Assembly (NCBI GenBank): GCA_964435395.1
Contig: CAYSYI010000001.1
Coordinates: 42,516-106,515, forward strand
DNA from: an uncultured Isosphaeraceae bacterium
Lineage (GTDB): Bacteria; Planctomycetota; Phycisphaerae; Phycisphaerales; SM1A02
Length of the DNA stretch: 64,000 nt
Direction of reading: 5' to 3'
Shown: positions 36,387 to 46,010 of the stretch, piece by piece
Layout of the letters: each line of letters opens with the position of its first letter
Position numbering within the stretch: position 1 is the first letter of the stretch
Translations under genes and position numbers: made by a program
The notes under the pieces: model-generated
Seen by the model: only the letters and a program-made list of their open reading frames with translations
What the model was told of the DNA's origin: nothing
The model's database searches: none

Positions 36387-37094
36387 ATGCAAACTAGAAA
36401 TGCACTCACAATTACCATGTTAACAATCCTCGTTGCCGTACCTGCACGTGCGAGCGTTATTCAAATCAGTAATGCTTCGGGGTCCTTTGCATTGAATTCC
36501 AATGAAATGGGGCTCTTTGGTAATAGCGCCCCTGATTTGTCAACTTCCGACCTCACATCTATCCATGCAACTCTGAGCAATTGGGGCGTAACGACAGATG
36601 GAAAAATAACACTTCTCCCTGTAAATACGTCTCAAGGACTTTCATTCTTAACCCTAATCGATCGTGAATTTGGTGGCGGAGATACAGCTGCGAATGCGAC
36701 CCTTGGGGTAACGAGCACTGCTTCCAGTTCACTTGGCATGTATATCAACGATTCCCTTCAGGACTCCTGGCAACTTATTGAGCCACCCTTTGGATCACAA
36801 ACACTGGGTGCGACTTTTATTTGGGACGGTGCGAGCAGTGGCGATGGCTTTGCATGGACGAACCTCGTCCTAGGTGATAGTTTTTCCTACTCATTTGCAG
36901 ACTTAGGAAGCTCTGGGGCAATTGATGCTGAAGCATTCCAGTTTGTGGGATGGACAGATAATGGATGGAGCGTCGTCTCGACCAATGGTTTTAATGGTGG
37001 AAGCAGCGTCTTTTCAGGAATGGTGATTCCTGCACCACCAGTGGCTCTTCTTCTGTCGGGTTTTGCATTGGGGCATCGCCGAAGACGCCACTGA
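36387..37094 (+). CDS. PEP-CTERM-anchored secreted protein
   Basis: Signal peptide. C-terminal VIPAPPVALLLSGFALGHRRRRH is a PEP-like motif followed by a TM segment and a basic tail. Confidence 0.7.
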   Translation: MQTRNALTITMLTILVAVPARASVIQISNASGSFALNSNEMGLFGNSAPDLSTSDLTSIHATLSNWGVTTDGKITLLPVNTSQGLSFLTLIDREFGGGDTAANATLGVTSTASSSLGMYINDSLQDSWQLIEPPFGSQTLGATFIWDGASSGDGFAWTNLVLGDSFSYSFADLGSSGAIDAEAFQFVGWTDNGWSVVSTNGFNGGSSVFSGMVIPAPPVALLLSGFALGHRRRRH

Positions 37095-37119
37095 TTGATT
37101 CCCCCGTTAAAATCCACAT

Positions 37120-38094
37120 ATGACAGACACAAAATCCTCTGCTCAAAAGCGGCTTGTTCTTGGTTGGATTGGTGCTATCCTCGTTCGACTCATCGTTCCA
37201 GGGTGGGTCTTCTACGGAGCGCTCACAAAAACGCTTAGTGCTGCCCCAGATTCACTTCCACCAATCATGTACAAGGCTGGTGACTTGATAGGATTCAGCG
37301 ATCGCTTCTTTTTGCTTGCTGTTCTCGTTAGCATCGAATTCATCTTCGTAGGAATCATGCTCTTTGGACCCAAAGTAGCAAGACGAGCAGCGATTGTCAT
37401 ACTCAGTATTTTTATCTCAGTACTAAGTATCGAAATGTTCGTGTTCGGGCATTACGATAGTTGTGGTTGCTTTGGGGAGGACTCCCTAAGCCCAGTCACG
37501 ATGTTTAGTATTGACCTTGCACTTCTAATTGGAGTTGCACTATGTAGACCAAGGGCGAGTAAGTGTGGACTTAATAAGGGAAATCGATCTGCCATCTGCA
37601 TGAGCATCTTTTTTGTTGTTGCGTTGATATTCACATACACCACGGTCATGTCAAAAAAACCTACTGATACTAAAACCGCCACCTTGCCAGTTGGAGAGTA
37701 TTGGTATCCTGAAAATATTGGTGACTGGACAGGGAAAGACGTAGATGATCTTGAACTCTTTAATTCGGTACAAGAATGGCCTCGCGATATTCGAGATGGA
37801 AAACAATACGTTATTTTTTACTCGCTAACCTGTGACCATTGCGAGGAATTGCTTTTCGCACACTTCGAATTCCCTCAAACACCAACAACACTTGTTGCAA
37901 TTCCAGAGTCCTCAGAAGGATTCGATTACGACAATGCGTTTTACAACCCCTGTGATAGTTGTGCAAAAGCTGAACTGATTGTGGGTCCAAACTGGACAAT
38001 CGGGACTCCTCTCGTTGTCGCACTTGAAAACGGCATCGTATTGTGTGCCACAGAAAACGAAAATGCTGAGGCCCCCGCATGTCTGATTCATTAA
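37120..38094 (+). CDS. MauE/DoxX-like membrane domain fused to a thioredoxin-like CxxC domain
   Basis: Four or five N-terminal TM helices. The C-terminal domain has KQYVIFYSLTCDHCEELL. Confidence 0.5.
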   Translation: MTDTKSSAQKRLVLGWIGAILVRLIVPGWVFYGALTKTLSAAPDSLPPIMYKAGDLIGFSDRFFLLAVLVSIEFIFVGIMLFGPKVARRAAIVILSIFISVLSIEMFVFGHYDSCGCFGEDSLSPVTMFSIDLALLIGVALCRPRASKCGLNKGNRSAICMSIFFVVALIFTYTTVMSKKPTDTKTATLPVGEYWYPENIGDWTGKDVDDLELFNSVQEWPRDIRDGKQYVIFYSLTCDHCEELLFAHFEFPQTPTTLVAIPESSEGFDYDNAFYNPCDSCAKAELIVGPNWTIGTPLVVALENGIVLCATENENAEAPACLIH

Positions 38095-39476
38095 AGCCCG
38101 TCCTTGAACATATTGAACATAGTATTGAAGGTTCGATTGAACGACTTCAAACTTTTTTGCAAATCCCAAGCATTAGTACGGACCCAGAATACAAAAGTGA
38201 AGTGCGTAGGTGTGCTGAATACATCACAAATGAGTTAAGTTCTATCGGGCTTGAAGCAACGTTGCACAACACCATCGGGCATCCAATGGTCATGGCAACT
38301 GATGACAGCGCTGGACCTAACGCGCCAAGGATTTTGTACTACGGTCATTACGATGTCCAACCAGTCGAACCACTTGATGAATGGGAATATCCTCCATTCG
38401 ATGCTACTCTTGTCGAAGGAGAGAATGGTAAAAAATTCGTAGCGAGAGGCGCAGCTGATGACAAGGGACAACTGATGACTTTTGTCGAAGCTATTCGCGC
38501 GTGGAAGGAAGTGCATGGTTCGCTTCCTGTTCGAGTTGTCATCTTGCTTGAAGGCGAAGAGGAGTGCGGAAGTGAATCACTTGCTCCGTTTTTACATGAA
38601 CACAAAGAGGCTCTCCAAGCTGACACTTGTATCGTTTGTGACACAGGAATGTGGGACAAGGATACACCTGCTATCACAAGTCGACTGCGTGGGCTTGTGT
38701 ACATCGAAGCAACACTACACGGCCCCTCGCATGACTTACACAGTGGAAGTTACGGAGGCGCTGTAGTTAATCCTGCAAATGCACTCGCCAAAATTCTCGG
38801 TCAACTTCACGACGACGATGGAAAAATTCAAATTGATGGATTCTATGATGATGTTGTAGAGGCAAGTAGCGAACAAATTGATCAATGGAACTCGCTTGGT
38901 GATGCAGATGCGCTCACGCTCGAAAGTTCTGGAGCAAAAGCAACATTCGGCGAGAATGGCTACAGCACACTTGAACGATTGTGGTCTCGTCCAACTTGTG
39001 ACATCAATGGCTTGCGTGCTGGATATATTGGCGAAGGAGCGAAAACTGTCATCGGGGCAACTGCGACTGCAAAAATAAGTTGCCGACTGGTCGCAAGCCA
39101 AAAGCCAGAACAAATTGAAAAAGCACTCTTCTCATTTTTAGAAGAACGCACTCCTAAAGGATGCCACTGGGACTTAAAAAGTTTTGGAGTAGCACCAGCA
39201 ATTGCAGTGCCAACCGAATCTCCATGGCTAGCAGCAGCGAGTGATGCTCTCACAAATATTTTTCCAAACCCCACAGTACTCATTGGCACTGGTGGTTCAA
39301 TCCCAGTTGTTGGTGAGTTCCAAGAAATACTCGGCGTGGATGCTGTCATGATTGGTTTTTCTTTAGATGACGATTTAATTCATGCACCAAATGAAAAGTT
39401 TGAACTTTCGTGTTTCCATCGTGGCATCTTATCTCATGCAACAATTCTGGAAGCGTACGCATCAATTCATGCTTAG
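38079..39476 (+). CDS. M20-family metallopeptidase / dipeptidase
   Basis: YGHYDVQP, ARGAADDKG, LEGEEECGS and HAPNEKF motifs. Confidence 0.85.
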   Translation: MSDSLKPVLEHIEHSIEGSIERLQTFLQIPSISTDPEYKSEVRRCAEYITNELSSIGLEATLHNTIGHPMVMATDDSAGPNAPRILYYGHYDVQPVEPLDEWEYPPFDATLVEGENGKKFVARGAADDKGQLMTFVEAIRAWKEVHGSLPVRVVILLEGEEECGSESLAPFLHEHKEALQADTCIVCDTGMWDKDTPAITSRLRGLVYIEATLHGPSHDLHSGSYGGAVVNPANALAKILGQLHDDDGKIQIDGFYDDVVEASSEQIDQWNSLGDADALTLESSGAKATFGENGYSTLERLWSRPTCDINGLRAGYIGEGAKTVIGATATAKISCRLVASQKPEQIEKALFSFLEERTPKGCHWDLKSFGVAPAIAVPTESPWLAAASDALTNIFPNPTVLIGTGGSIPVVGEFQEILGVDAVMIGFSLDDDLIHAPNEKFELSCFHRGILSHATILEAYASIHA

Positions 39477-41787
39477 TGTTGTAACTCTACTTGCATCTTC
39501 TGCACTTGGCATTGCAAACGAGTATGCCATCAACGTAAACTCACTTGGTGTAGGCAATACATGGACTCATGGCATTGTTACACCACTCCATGTAAGCGTA
39601 ACTTCAAATGTTGACAAAGCTACGGCTGCTTGGGTGCAGTGGGAAGTACCTGATGCTGACGGCGACACTGTGTTCTGGGGGAAAACAATCACGCTCTCGC
39701 CAAATGGCACTACTTCAACGTGGTTGTATGCTCCTTTGCAGCCTTGGGCAAACCCATCAATAACTTGGGATGTTCGATTGCGAACATGGGATGGCAACGA
39801 ACCAACAACTGAACTTGCCACCATGCGCTTTTCTCCCAACTCAATTCGCGCATCAAAATTTAATCTGCCTGAGGGTTTGATCGCCGTGTTTGGTTCGCGT
39901 CGACTAGGGCTTGATGGGTATCAGCCACGAAAAATATTCGATGTAAAACAGGAAGCAACCGTTATTGTTTCTGGATTGCAAAGTACAGACTTGCCAGATG
40001 CATGGCCTGCCCTTGAATATCTTGACGCTATTGTCTGGGCAGACACCCCTGCACAATTTTCGTTACGTCAGGAAAACACACTCCAAGAGTGGGTAAAACG
40101 TGGCGGGCATTTTGTTATCTCAATCCCTACGATTGGTGACCAGTGGAGCATTCGCTCAGGCAACGGTCCGCTTTCAGAACTACTCGGCGGGATAACAACA
40201 ACTGTAGAGCAAATAGGCATTGACAATCTCCATCGGGTTATAGGAAGAAACAACGGCTGGCCAAAAATGGACGTAACAGTTCGAACGTTTGAACCAAAAA
40301 ACACAACATGGGAGTCGAGCAAATACTACCCACTCTTAAAACTTTGGAACAATAAAATTGTAGGAGTTCAACGGACATACGGATTTGGAGCCGTGACCAT
40401 TATTGGAATTGACCTTGCAAGTGGACAACTTGCTTCGCTAGGATTACCTGAAACAGATATTCTTTGGAATAGAGTTTTGGGGCGTAGTACTGACACGCCT
40501 TCACAGAAGACCATCGACCTATTAAAGGAAGATGGGCAACTTTCAGACACCATCCCAACAATAACACACTTACCGATGGGCAATCTTATCGCACAAGAAA
40601 TTGCCATGTCAACGACTGCAAGCGGTCGATTAAGCACAGTCTTTCTTCTCATTATTTCCTATTGGTTATTGAGTGGACCAATTGCATTTTTTGTTCTTCG
40701 AGCCAAGCGGAAACAACGGTGGGCATGGGCCACGTTTGCAGGAGTTGCAGGCATCTTTACCTTCGTAACTTGGATATTAGCAGCCACAACAGCAGGTGTG
40801 CAGACTCCATTAAAACACGTAACAATCCTTGACCACGTGTACGGTGGAAATTCGCAGCGAGCAACTGGATGGTGCTCTGTTTACTTACCAACATTTGGCC
40901 GGTCAGATGTAACCATTGATGGAAGTGGCAATCTTATTCTTCCCTGGACGTCTCCAGACACTTCTTTAACTCCACAATTTGTAGACCACCGAGAAATCAT
41001 TGTCAATCTCGACCATGTTCCGAATTCATTCAACCAACCTGCAAGATCCACAACTTCAAACTTTTCTTACGATTGGCTTGGAAATGTTGAACATGCATTT
41101 TACGATTCACTCATCCGAGTTGTACCCAATGATGACCCGCTCGTCAAAAAGTCAAAAGGCAAAAATACTGTTGGCGAATTGCAAGGTTCAATCATGAACA
41201 ATGTGACGCGACCACTAGAAAACGTCACTGTACTTTGGGTCACGGACAATCAAAATCCCCTTCCTCCTCTTGGATACTTTCAAGATAAAACTCTCGCGCC
41301 TTGGACACAACGAAACAAAAGTGGGCAACCACTAAATAAAATGTTCTCTTGGAGAGTGCCGTCTTGGAATCCGGGAGAGATTTTACATTTAGCGGAATTG
41401 GAAGTTGCTCCACTCGCCGACTTTCGAACAGCAAATAAAAGATACAAGCCAGATAACTCAAGCCGATTTTTCAGAAGCAACGCAATCATAGCCAAAGGTC
41501 CGTGGAGAACAAAAATGGAGATGCTCTCACTGTATTCACATTTAGACCCACCAACATATCAAAAAAATCCGGCTGTAAAACAAAGCCCACCCTACCATCA
41601 AGTGCAAAGGACAGGCGGCAGGGAACTTGATTTTGCGCAGTGGTTTAGTCGGCCATGCATCATAGTGATGGGTTTTGTTCCAAACTCACCAATTCCTGTG
41701 AAAATTTCGATTGATGGTGAACAAATATCCGAGAGTAACGGTGAAACATTTGTACGATGGGTTTATCCTTTAGGGGATTCGCAATGA
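39469..41787 (+). CDS. large membrane protein with a class-I glutamine-amidotransferase-like (GldG/DUF4350-like) domain
   Basis: 772 aa. Signal-like MLSVVTLLASSALG. LEYLDAIVWADTP...LQEWVKRGGHFVISIP. Two central TM helices. 8-nt overlap with the M20 gene and ATGA overlap with the downstream ABC ATPase. Confidence 0.55.
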   Translation: MLSVVTLLASSALGIANEYAINVNSLGVGNTWTHGIVTPLHVSVTSNVDKATAAWVQWEVPDADGDTVFWGKTITLSPNGTTSTWLYAPLQPWANPSITWDVRLRTWDGNEPTTELATMRFSPNSIRASKFNLPEGLIAVFGSRRLGLDGYQPRKIFDVKQEATVIVSGLQSTDLPDAWPALEYLDAIVWADTPAQFSLRQENTLQEWVKRGGHFVISIPTIGDQWSIRSGNGPLSELLGGITTTVEQIGIDNLHRVIGRNNGWPKMDVTVRTFEPKNTTWESSKYYPLLKLWNNKIVGVQRTYGFGAVTIIGIDLASGQLASLGLPETDILWNRVLGRSTDTPSQKTIDLLKEDGQLSDTIPTITHLPMGNLIAQEIAMSTTASGRLSTVFLLIISYWLLSGPIAFFVLRAKRKQRWAWATFAGVAGIFTFVTWILAATTAGVQTPLKHVTILDHVYGGNSQRATGWCSVYLPTFGRSDVTIDGSGNLILPWTSPDTSLTPQFVDHREIIVNLDHVPNSFNQPARSTTSNFSYDWLGNVEHAFYDSLIRVVPNDDPLVKKSKGKNTVGELQGSIMNNVTRPLENVTVLWVTDNQNPLPPLGYFQDKTLAPWTQRNKSGQPLNKMFSWRVPSWNPGEILHLAELEVAPLADFRTANKRYKPDNSSRFFRSNAIIAKGPWRTKMEMLSLYSHLDPPTYQKNPAVKQSPPYHQVQRTGGRELDFAQWFSRPCIIVMGFVPNSPIPVKISIDGEQISESNGETFVRWVYPLGDSQ

Positions 41788-42725
41788 TCCAAACAACAAG
41801 TCTAACGAGAAAGTATGGCGACCTTGTTGCCCTTGATAACTTGAACCTTCAGATTGATGAAGGCGAATGCTTTGGCTTCATTGGACCAAATGGGGCGGGT
41901 AAAACGACAACCATTAAAATCCTTTCAACGTTACTTAAGCCATCATGGGGTGAAGCGAGAGTTGATGGCAAAGTTATTGGATATCAAAACCCAGAAATTC
42001 GACCAGTTATTGGGTATGTTCCCGACTTTATGGGTTCATATGACGACATGATTGTTCGCGAGTATCTTGATTTTTTTGCTACTTGTTATGGGCTTGATGG
42101 TTCACAGCGACTCAGGGCTGTCGGCGACGTTCTCGAACTTACTGAACTTAATTACAAAGCAAACTCACAAGTTGCAGGACTTAGCAGAGGGATGAGCCAG
42201 CGTCTCTCGATTGCACGGGTCCTGCTTCACGATCCAAAAGTTCTTTTACTCGATGAACCTGCATCGGGACTCGATCCGCGTGCACGAATTGAGATTCGAG
42301 AACTTCTCAAAGAACTTCACCGCATGGGAAAAACTATTTTGATTAGCTCACACATTTTGCACGAACTTGCGGAATTGTGCACGAGTGTTGGAATTATCGA
42401 GCAGGGAAAATTGCTCTTCTCTGGCAAAGTGTCTGACATTTTAGCGAAGGCGAAAGTGGGACAGATTATTCACATCGAAGTCACACAGAAAAGCGAGGAT
42501 GCGGCGACGTTACTTCGGAGCGTGGATGGCATTCGAATGGTTGATGTTGTAACGGAGAACAACAAAACTCGCATCGATATTACCCTAGAGTCAAATTCTT
42601 CCTTCGATCAATCTGAAATCCCCAATCGACTTATCGCCCAGGGGTTCAGAATAAAGTCGATGCAAGGTGAACAAGTCAACCTCGAAACCGCATTTATGCG
42701 ACTCACCAAGGGCCTAGTCAGCTAG
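41784..42725 (+). CDS. ABC transporter ATP-binding protein (ABC-2 / GldA-like)
   Basis: Walker A GFIGPNGAGKTT, signature LSRGMSQRLSIA, Walker B LLLDEPASGLD. Confidence 0.9.
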   Translation: MIQTTSLTRKYGDLVALDNLNLQIDEGECFGFIGPNGAGKTTTIKILSTLLKPSWGEARVDGKVIGYQNPEIRPVIGYVPDFMGSYDDMIVREYLDFFATCYGLDGSQRLRAVGDVLELTELNYKANSQVAGLSRGMSQRLSIARVLLHDPKVLLLDEPASGLDPRARIEIRELLKELHRMGKTILISSHILHELAELCTSVGIIEQGKLLFSGKVSDILAKAKVGQIIHIEVTQKSEDAATLLRSVDGIRMVDVVTENNKTRIDITLESNSSFDQSEIPNRLIAQGFRIKSMQGEQVNLETAFMRLTKGLVS

Positions 42726-42748
42726 TCCTCTGTGTACTACTCAGAGGA
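42726..42748 (+). repeat. hairpin element containing CTCTGTGTACTACTCAGAG (copy 1 of 2)
   Basis: Starts 1 nt after the ABC ATPase stop. The 19-mer core is identical at ~50066. The 3' arm AGAGGAA can pair alternatively with the downstream TTCCTCT. Confidence 0.75.
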
Positions 42749-42803
42749 ATGCCTGTTTCCTGTTCCTCTAAGTTGCGTCGAAGTTGTCCCAGAGGTTCAC
42801 GAG

Positions 42804-42809
42804 TATAAT
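42804..42809 (+). promoter_or_regulatory. perfect TATAAT -10 box 8 nt upstream of the nadK ATG (possible leaderless mRNA)
   Basis: gagTATAATgcacaaatATG, with no Shine-Dalgarno sequence between the box and the ATG. Confidence 0.3.
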
Positions 42810-42817
42810 GCACAAAT

Positions 42818-43642
42818 ATGGCCCGCTGCCCTGCCATCCTGCTTGCCGATCGCTCGCTTCAAGATGTTGATGCGATTGCTGTTTCATTAGAGACTGGCCT
42901 TGCTGACATCGTGGAGTTTGTCCCTCAAGAAAGTGATGAGGCTGTTTTAGCAATTGCCATTGGTGGGGACGGCACGCTTCTCCAACATGGAAAAATGCTT
43001 TCTCAAAAGAAAATCCCGCTCGTAGGTGTCAATAGTGGCCGTCTAGGCTTCTTAGCTCGGTTCGATGCAAACTCCCTTATTGAAAATCGACATGCAGTGT
43101 TCGCCGCATCACCAACAATTCTTGAAGCAATGCTCCTTGAAATTACACTCGATGACCAAAACCCAATCATTGCTGTTAATGAAGCGATGATTGCCTCAGG
43201 TCCACCCTTTCGAATGGTCGAACTTGGCCTATTAATCGATGGTATCCCCGCCCCAACTCTTCGAGGCGATGGGGTAATTCTTGCTACCCCAACAGGCTCA
43301 ACTGCACACAATGCCTCTGTTGGTGGGCCCATTGTTGATCCATCAACAAATGCTTTTATCTTGACACCAATAGCTGCTCACTCACTAGCAGTGCGACCGA
43401 TTGTCCTTGATGGGAAAGCAAACGTTACAATTGAAGTGTTACAAGCCAATGAAGGCACGTCACTCGTCATCGATGGACAAGTTCACTTCGCAATGAGGCA
43501 AGGGATGAAGCTACAAGTGCAACAATCTTCGCACGCGCTTTCGATAGTGCTCAATCCGACGTACTCCTACTGGAATACTTTAGTCGATAAACTTCACTGG
43601 GCAGCACATCCTGAACTTCAAGAAAAAGCGGATACAGAATGA
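42818..43642 (+). CDS. nadK: NAD kinase
   Basis: AIAIGGDGTLL, GVNSGRLGFL and ATPTGSTAHNAS motifs. Confidence 0.9.
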   Translation: MARCPAILLADRSLQDVDAIAVSLETGLADIVEFVPQESDEAVLAIAIGGDGTLLQHGKMLSQKKIPLVGVNSGRLGFLARFDANSLIENRHAVFAASPTILEAMLLEITLDDQNPIIAVNEAMIASGPPFRMVELGLLIDGIPAPTLRGDGVILATPTGSTAHNASVGGPIVDPSTNAFILTPIAAHSLAVRPIVLDGKANVTIEVLQANEGTSLVIDGQVHFAMRQGMKLQVQQSSHALSIVLNPTYSYWNTLVDKLHWAAHPELQEKADTE

Positions 43643-45060
43643 TCGATATTAAGTCACTCAGAGAAAACCCTCAACGATACATTAATGGCGCCGAAGAAAA
43701 AAATATCTCGGTTGATATTACTACCCTTCTTGATCTTGACGAACAAAAACGTCTTTTTACTCGACAACGTGAAGAACACCGAGCTGAACAAAAAATCCTT
43801 TCAAAAAAAATCGGGCCAGAAATTGGGAAACTAAAGGGGCAACTCAAGGCTGCGAATGACGAGCAAAGAAAAGAAATTGAAACCCAACTTGCAGAATTAG
43901 AAACAAAGCCAATCGCACTCAAGAATGAGATTCAACGACTTGATGATTCTATTTCAACTATCAACCCAAGGTGGAAAGAATTGCTCCTGCAAGTTCCTCA
44001 GCCCGCTGATGAAGACGTTCCAAAAGGAAAAAGTGCTGATGACAACGTACAGCTCCGTACTTGGTCATCTGACAATTATGATCTCTCGAAATCATTTACA
44101 GAGAACAAGGGGTTTGAACCAAAATCCCACCTAGAAATCGTCAAAGATTTACACCTTGCTGATTTCGAACGCGGTGTCAAAATGTCTGGCACGCGCCATT
44201 ATTTGTTAACAGGAAATGGGATGCGATTGCAACAAGCAATGCTACGTTTCGCTTTTGACTTCATCACAAATGAACATGATTTTACGCCTATGTCTGTTCC
44301 AGTCATCTTACGAGAAGAGTGCATGGTTGGCACGGGGTTTTTCCCTACGGGACGTGACCAAGCGTACCACATTGAAGAATCAAAACGAGGCGCTGGCCAT
44401 GACTTGTTTCTTGCAGGTACTGGCGAAGTTGGTCTCATGGGAATGTTTGCTGACGAAATACTTGATAGTTCAAAACTGCCAATCAAAATGGCAACTGTTT
44501 CAACGTGTTTTAGGCGAGAAGCTGGAGCAGCTGGGCGAGATACCGCTGGCTTGTATCGCATCCACCAATTCGAAAAAGTTGAACAGGTTGTAATCTGTAA
44601 AGCAGATGAAGAAGAGAGCCGAAAATGGCACGCAGTCATGTTAGGAATTGTTGAAGAACTACTTCAAAAATTGGAGCTCCCCTACCGATTGTTGCAGTGC
44701 TGCACTGCAGACTTGGGTTCAAAAAATGCAGATATGATTGACCTTGAGTGTTGGATGCCAGGCCGTGGCGAACTAGATTCAAATGACAATCCCGTGGGCG
44801 ACTGGGGCGAAACGCACTCTGCCTCTCGGCTCTATGATTATCAGTGTCGTCGATTAAACATGCGATACCGAGATGAGGACGGAGACACCGTCTTTGCACA
44901 CTCACTCAACAATACTGTTCTGGCGAGCCCGCGCATTTTGATTCCGTTTCTTGAAATGCACCAGCAAAAAGATGGTTCGGTTTCTATTCCTGAATGTATA
45001 CAACCATACATGAATGGAGCACAGGTGCTTGAACCAAATCAAACAGCATCATCAGTGTAA
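43639..45060 (+). CDS. serS: seryl-tRNA synthetase
   Basis: MIDIKSLRENP N-terminus, coiled-coil arm, FRREAGAAGRDTAGLYRIHQFEKVE, HSLNNT. Confidence 0.95.
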   Translation: MIDIKSLRENPQRYINGAEEKNISVDITTLLDLDEQKRLFTRQREEHRAEQKILSKKIGPEIGKLKGQLKAANDEQRKEIETQLAELETKPIALKNEIQRLDDSISTINPRWKELLLQVPQPADEDVPKGKSADDNVQLRTWSSDNYDLSKSFTENKGFEPKSHLEIVKDLHLADFERGVKMSGTRHYLLTGNGMRLQQAMLRFAFDFITNEHDFTPMSVPVILREECMVGTGFFPTGRDQAYHIEESKRGAGHDLFLAGTGEVGLMGMFADEILDSSKLPIKMATVSTCFRREAGAAGRDTAGLYRIHQFEKVEQVVICKADEEESRKWHAVMLGIVEELLQKLELPYRLLQCCTADLGSKNADMIDLECWMPGRGELDSNDNPVGDWGETHSASRLYDYQCRRLNMRYRDEDGDTVFAHSLNNTVLASPRILIPFLEMHQQKDGSVSIPECIQPYMNGAQVLEPNQTASSV

Positions 45061-46010
45061 TGGCAGACGTCGTTCCACTTGAAGTTCGAAGGCATCAACT
45101 TGTTTCAAGTGTTTGTGATTCTATTGGCAATAAAAATGTAGTAGTTGGGGTGAGTGGTGGTGCAGATTCTTTAGCGTTACTCTTGCTATGCCTTGCTGCC
45201 TCCATGCAAAAGTCCTCAACGTTTTCTGTCATCGCAGGGCATATTCACCATGGACTTCGAGTTGAATCTGATCATGAACAAAAACTCGTCGAATCCATTT
45301 GCACACGCTTTAGCGTTCCGTGCATAACAAAAAAAGTGACTGTGATAGCAAAAAATGGAAGCCTAGCTGCTGGTGCTCGAGAGGCGAGATACGATGCGCT
45401 TTGCGCAATTGCAAATACAAATAATGCGCCAACAATTGCGGTTGGCCACCACGCAACCGATCAACTGGAAACCATGCTTATGGCACTGTGCAGAGGTGGC
45501 GGCATTCGAAAACTTGCGGGCATGGCGCCGTCTCGCCCCCTCACCGATGAGATTGCTCTTCTTCGCCCCCTCCTACATGCCGACAAAAATATGTTGGAGA
45601 ATATTTGTCGCATTTCGGATGTGCCATGGTGCGAAGACCCAACCAATTCAGATAAAACAACACCTCGGGGAAGACTCCGAAAAGATGTCATTCCAATTCT
45701 TCGAGAATTATGGCCCGCAGCCGACCGACATGCGGCAAATGCTTCTTCAATGTTACAGGCTGCTGCAGATTCCTTTCAATTAGATGTGCCAAACGGAAAC
45801 TCTTGGAAAAGAGAGACGTTATCTGTACTACCGATTCCAGTTATTGCGGCTGCTGTGCACAATGCTGTTGGGAATCATGCAACCTACGAAACCGTTCAGT
45901 CAATCGCAGTAGCAATTGCGGACAACAGTACAGAACCACGAACATTTGTCTGTAGCGACGGATGCGTCACAAAAGTTACGGCGCATCGTGTTGAAGTGCT
46001 TTACACATAG
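45060..46010 (+). CDS. tilS: tRNA(Ile)-lysidine synthetase (short form)
   Basis: PP-loop VGVSGGADSLALL. HHATDQLET motif. Confidence 0.85.
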   Translation: MADVVPLEVRRHQLVSSVCDSIGNKNVVVGVSGGADSLALLLLCLAASMQKSSTFSVIAGHIHHGLRVESDHEQKLVESICTRFSVPCITKKVTVIAKNGSLAAGAREARYDALCAIANTNNAPTIAVGHHATDQLETMLMALCRGGGIRKLAGMAPSRPLTDEIALLRPLLHADKNMLENICRISDVPWCEDPTNSDKTTPRGRLRKDVIPILRELWPAADRHAANASSMLQAAADSFQLDVPNGNSWKRETLSVLPIPVIAAAVHNAVGNHATYETVQSIAVAIADNSTEPRTFVCSDGCVTKVTAHRVEVLYT

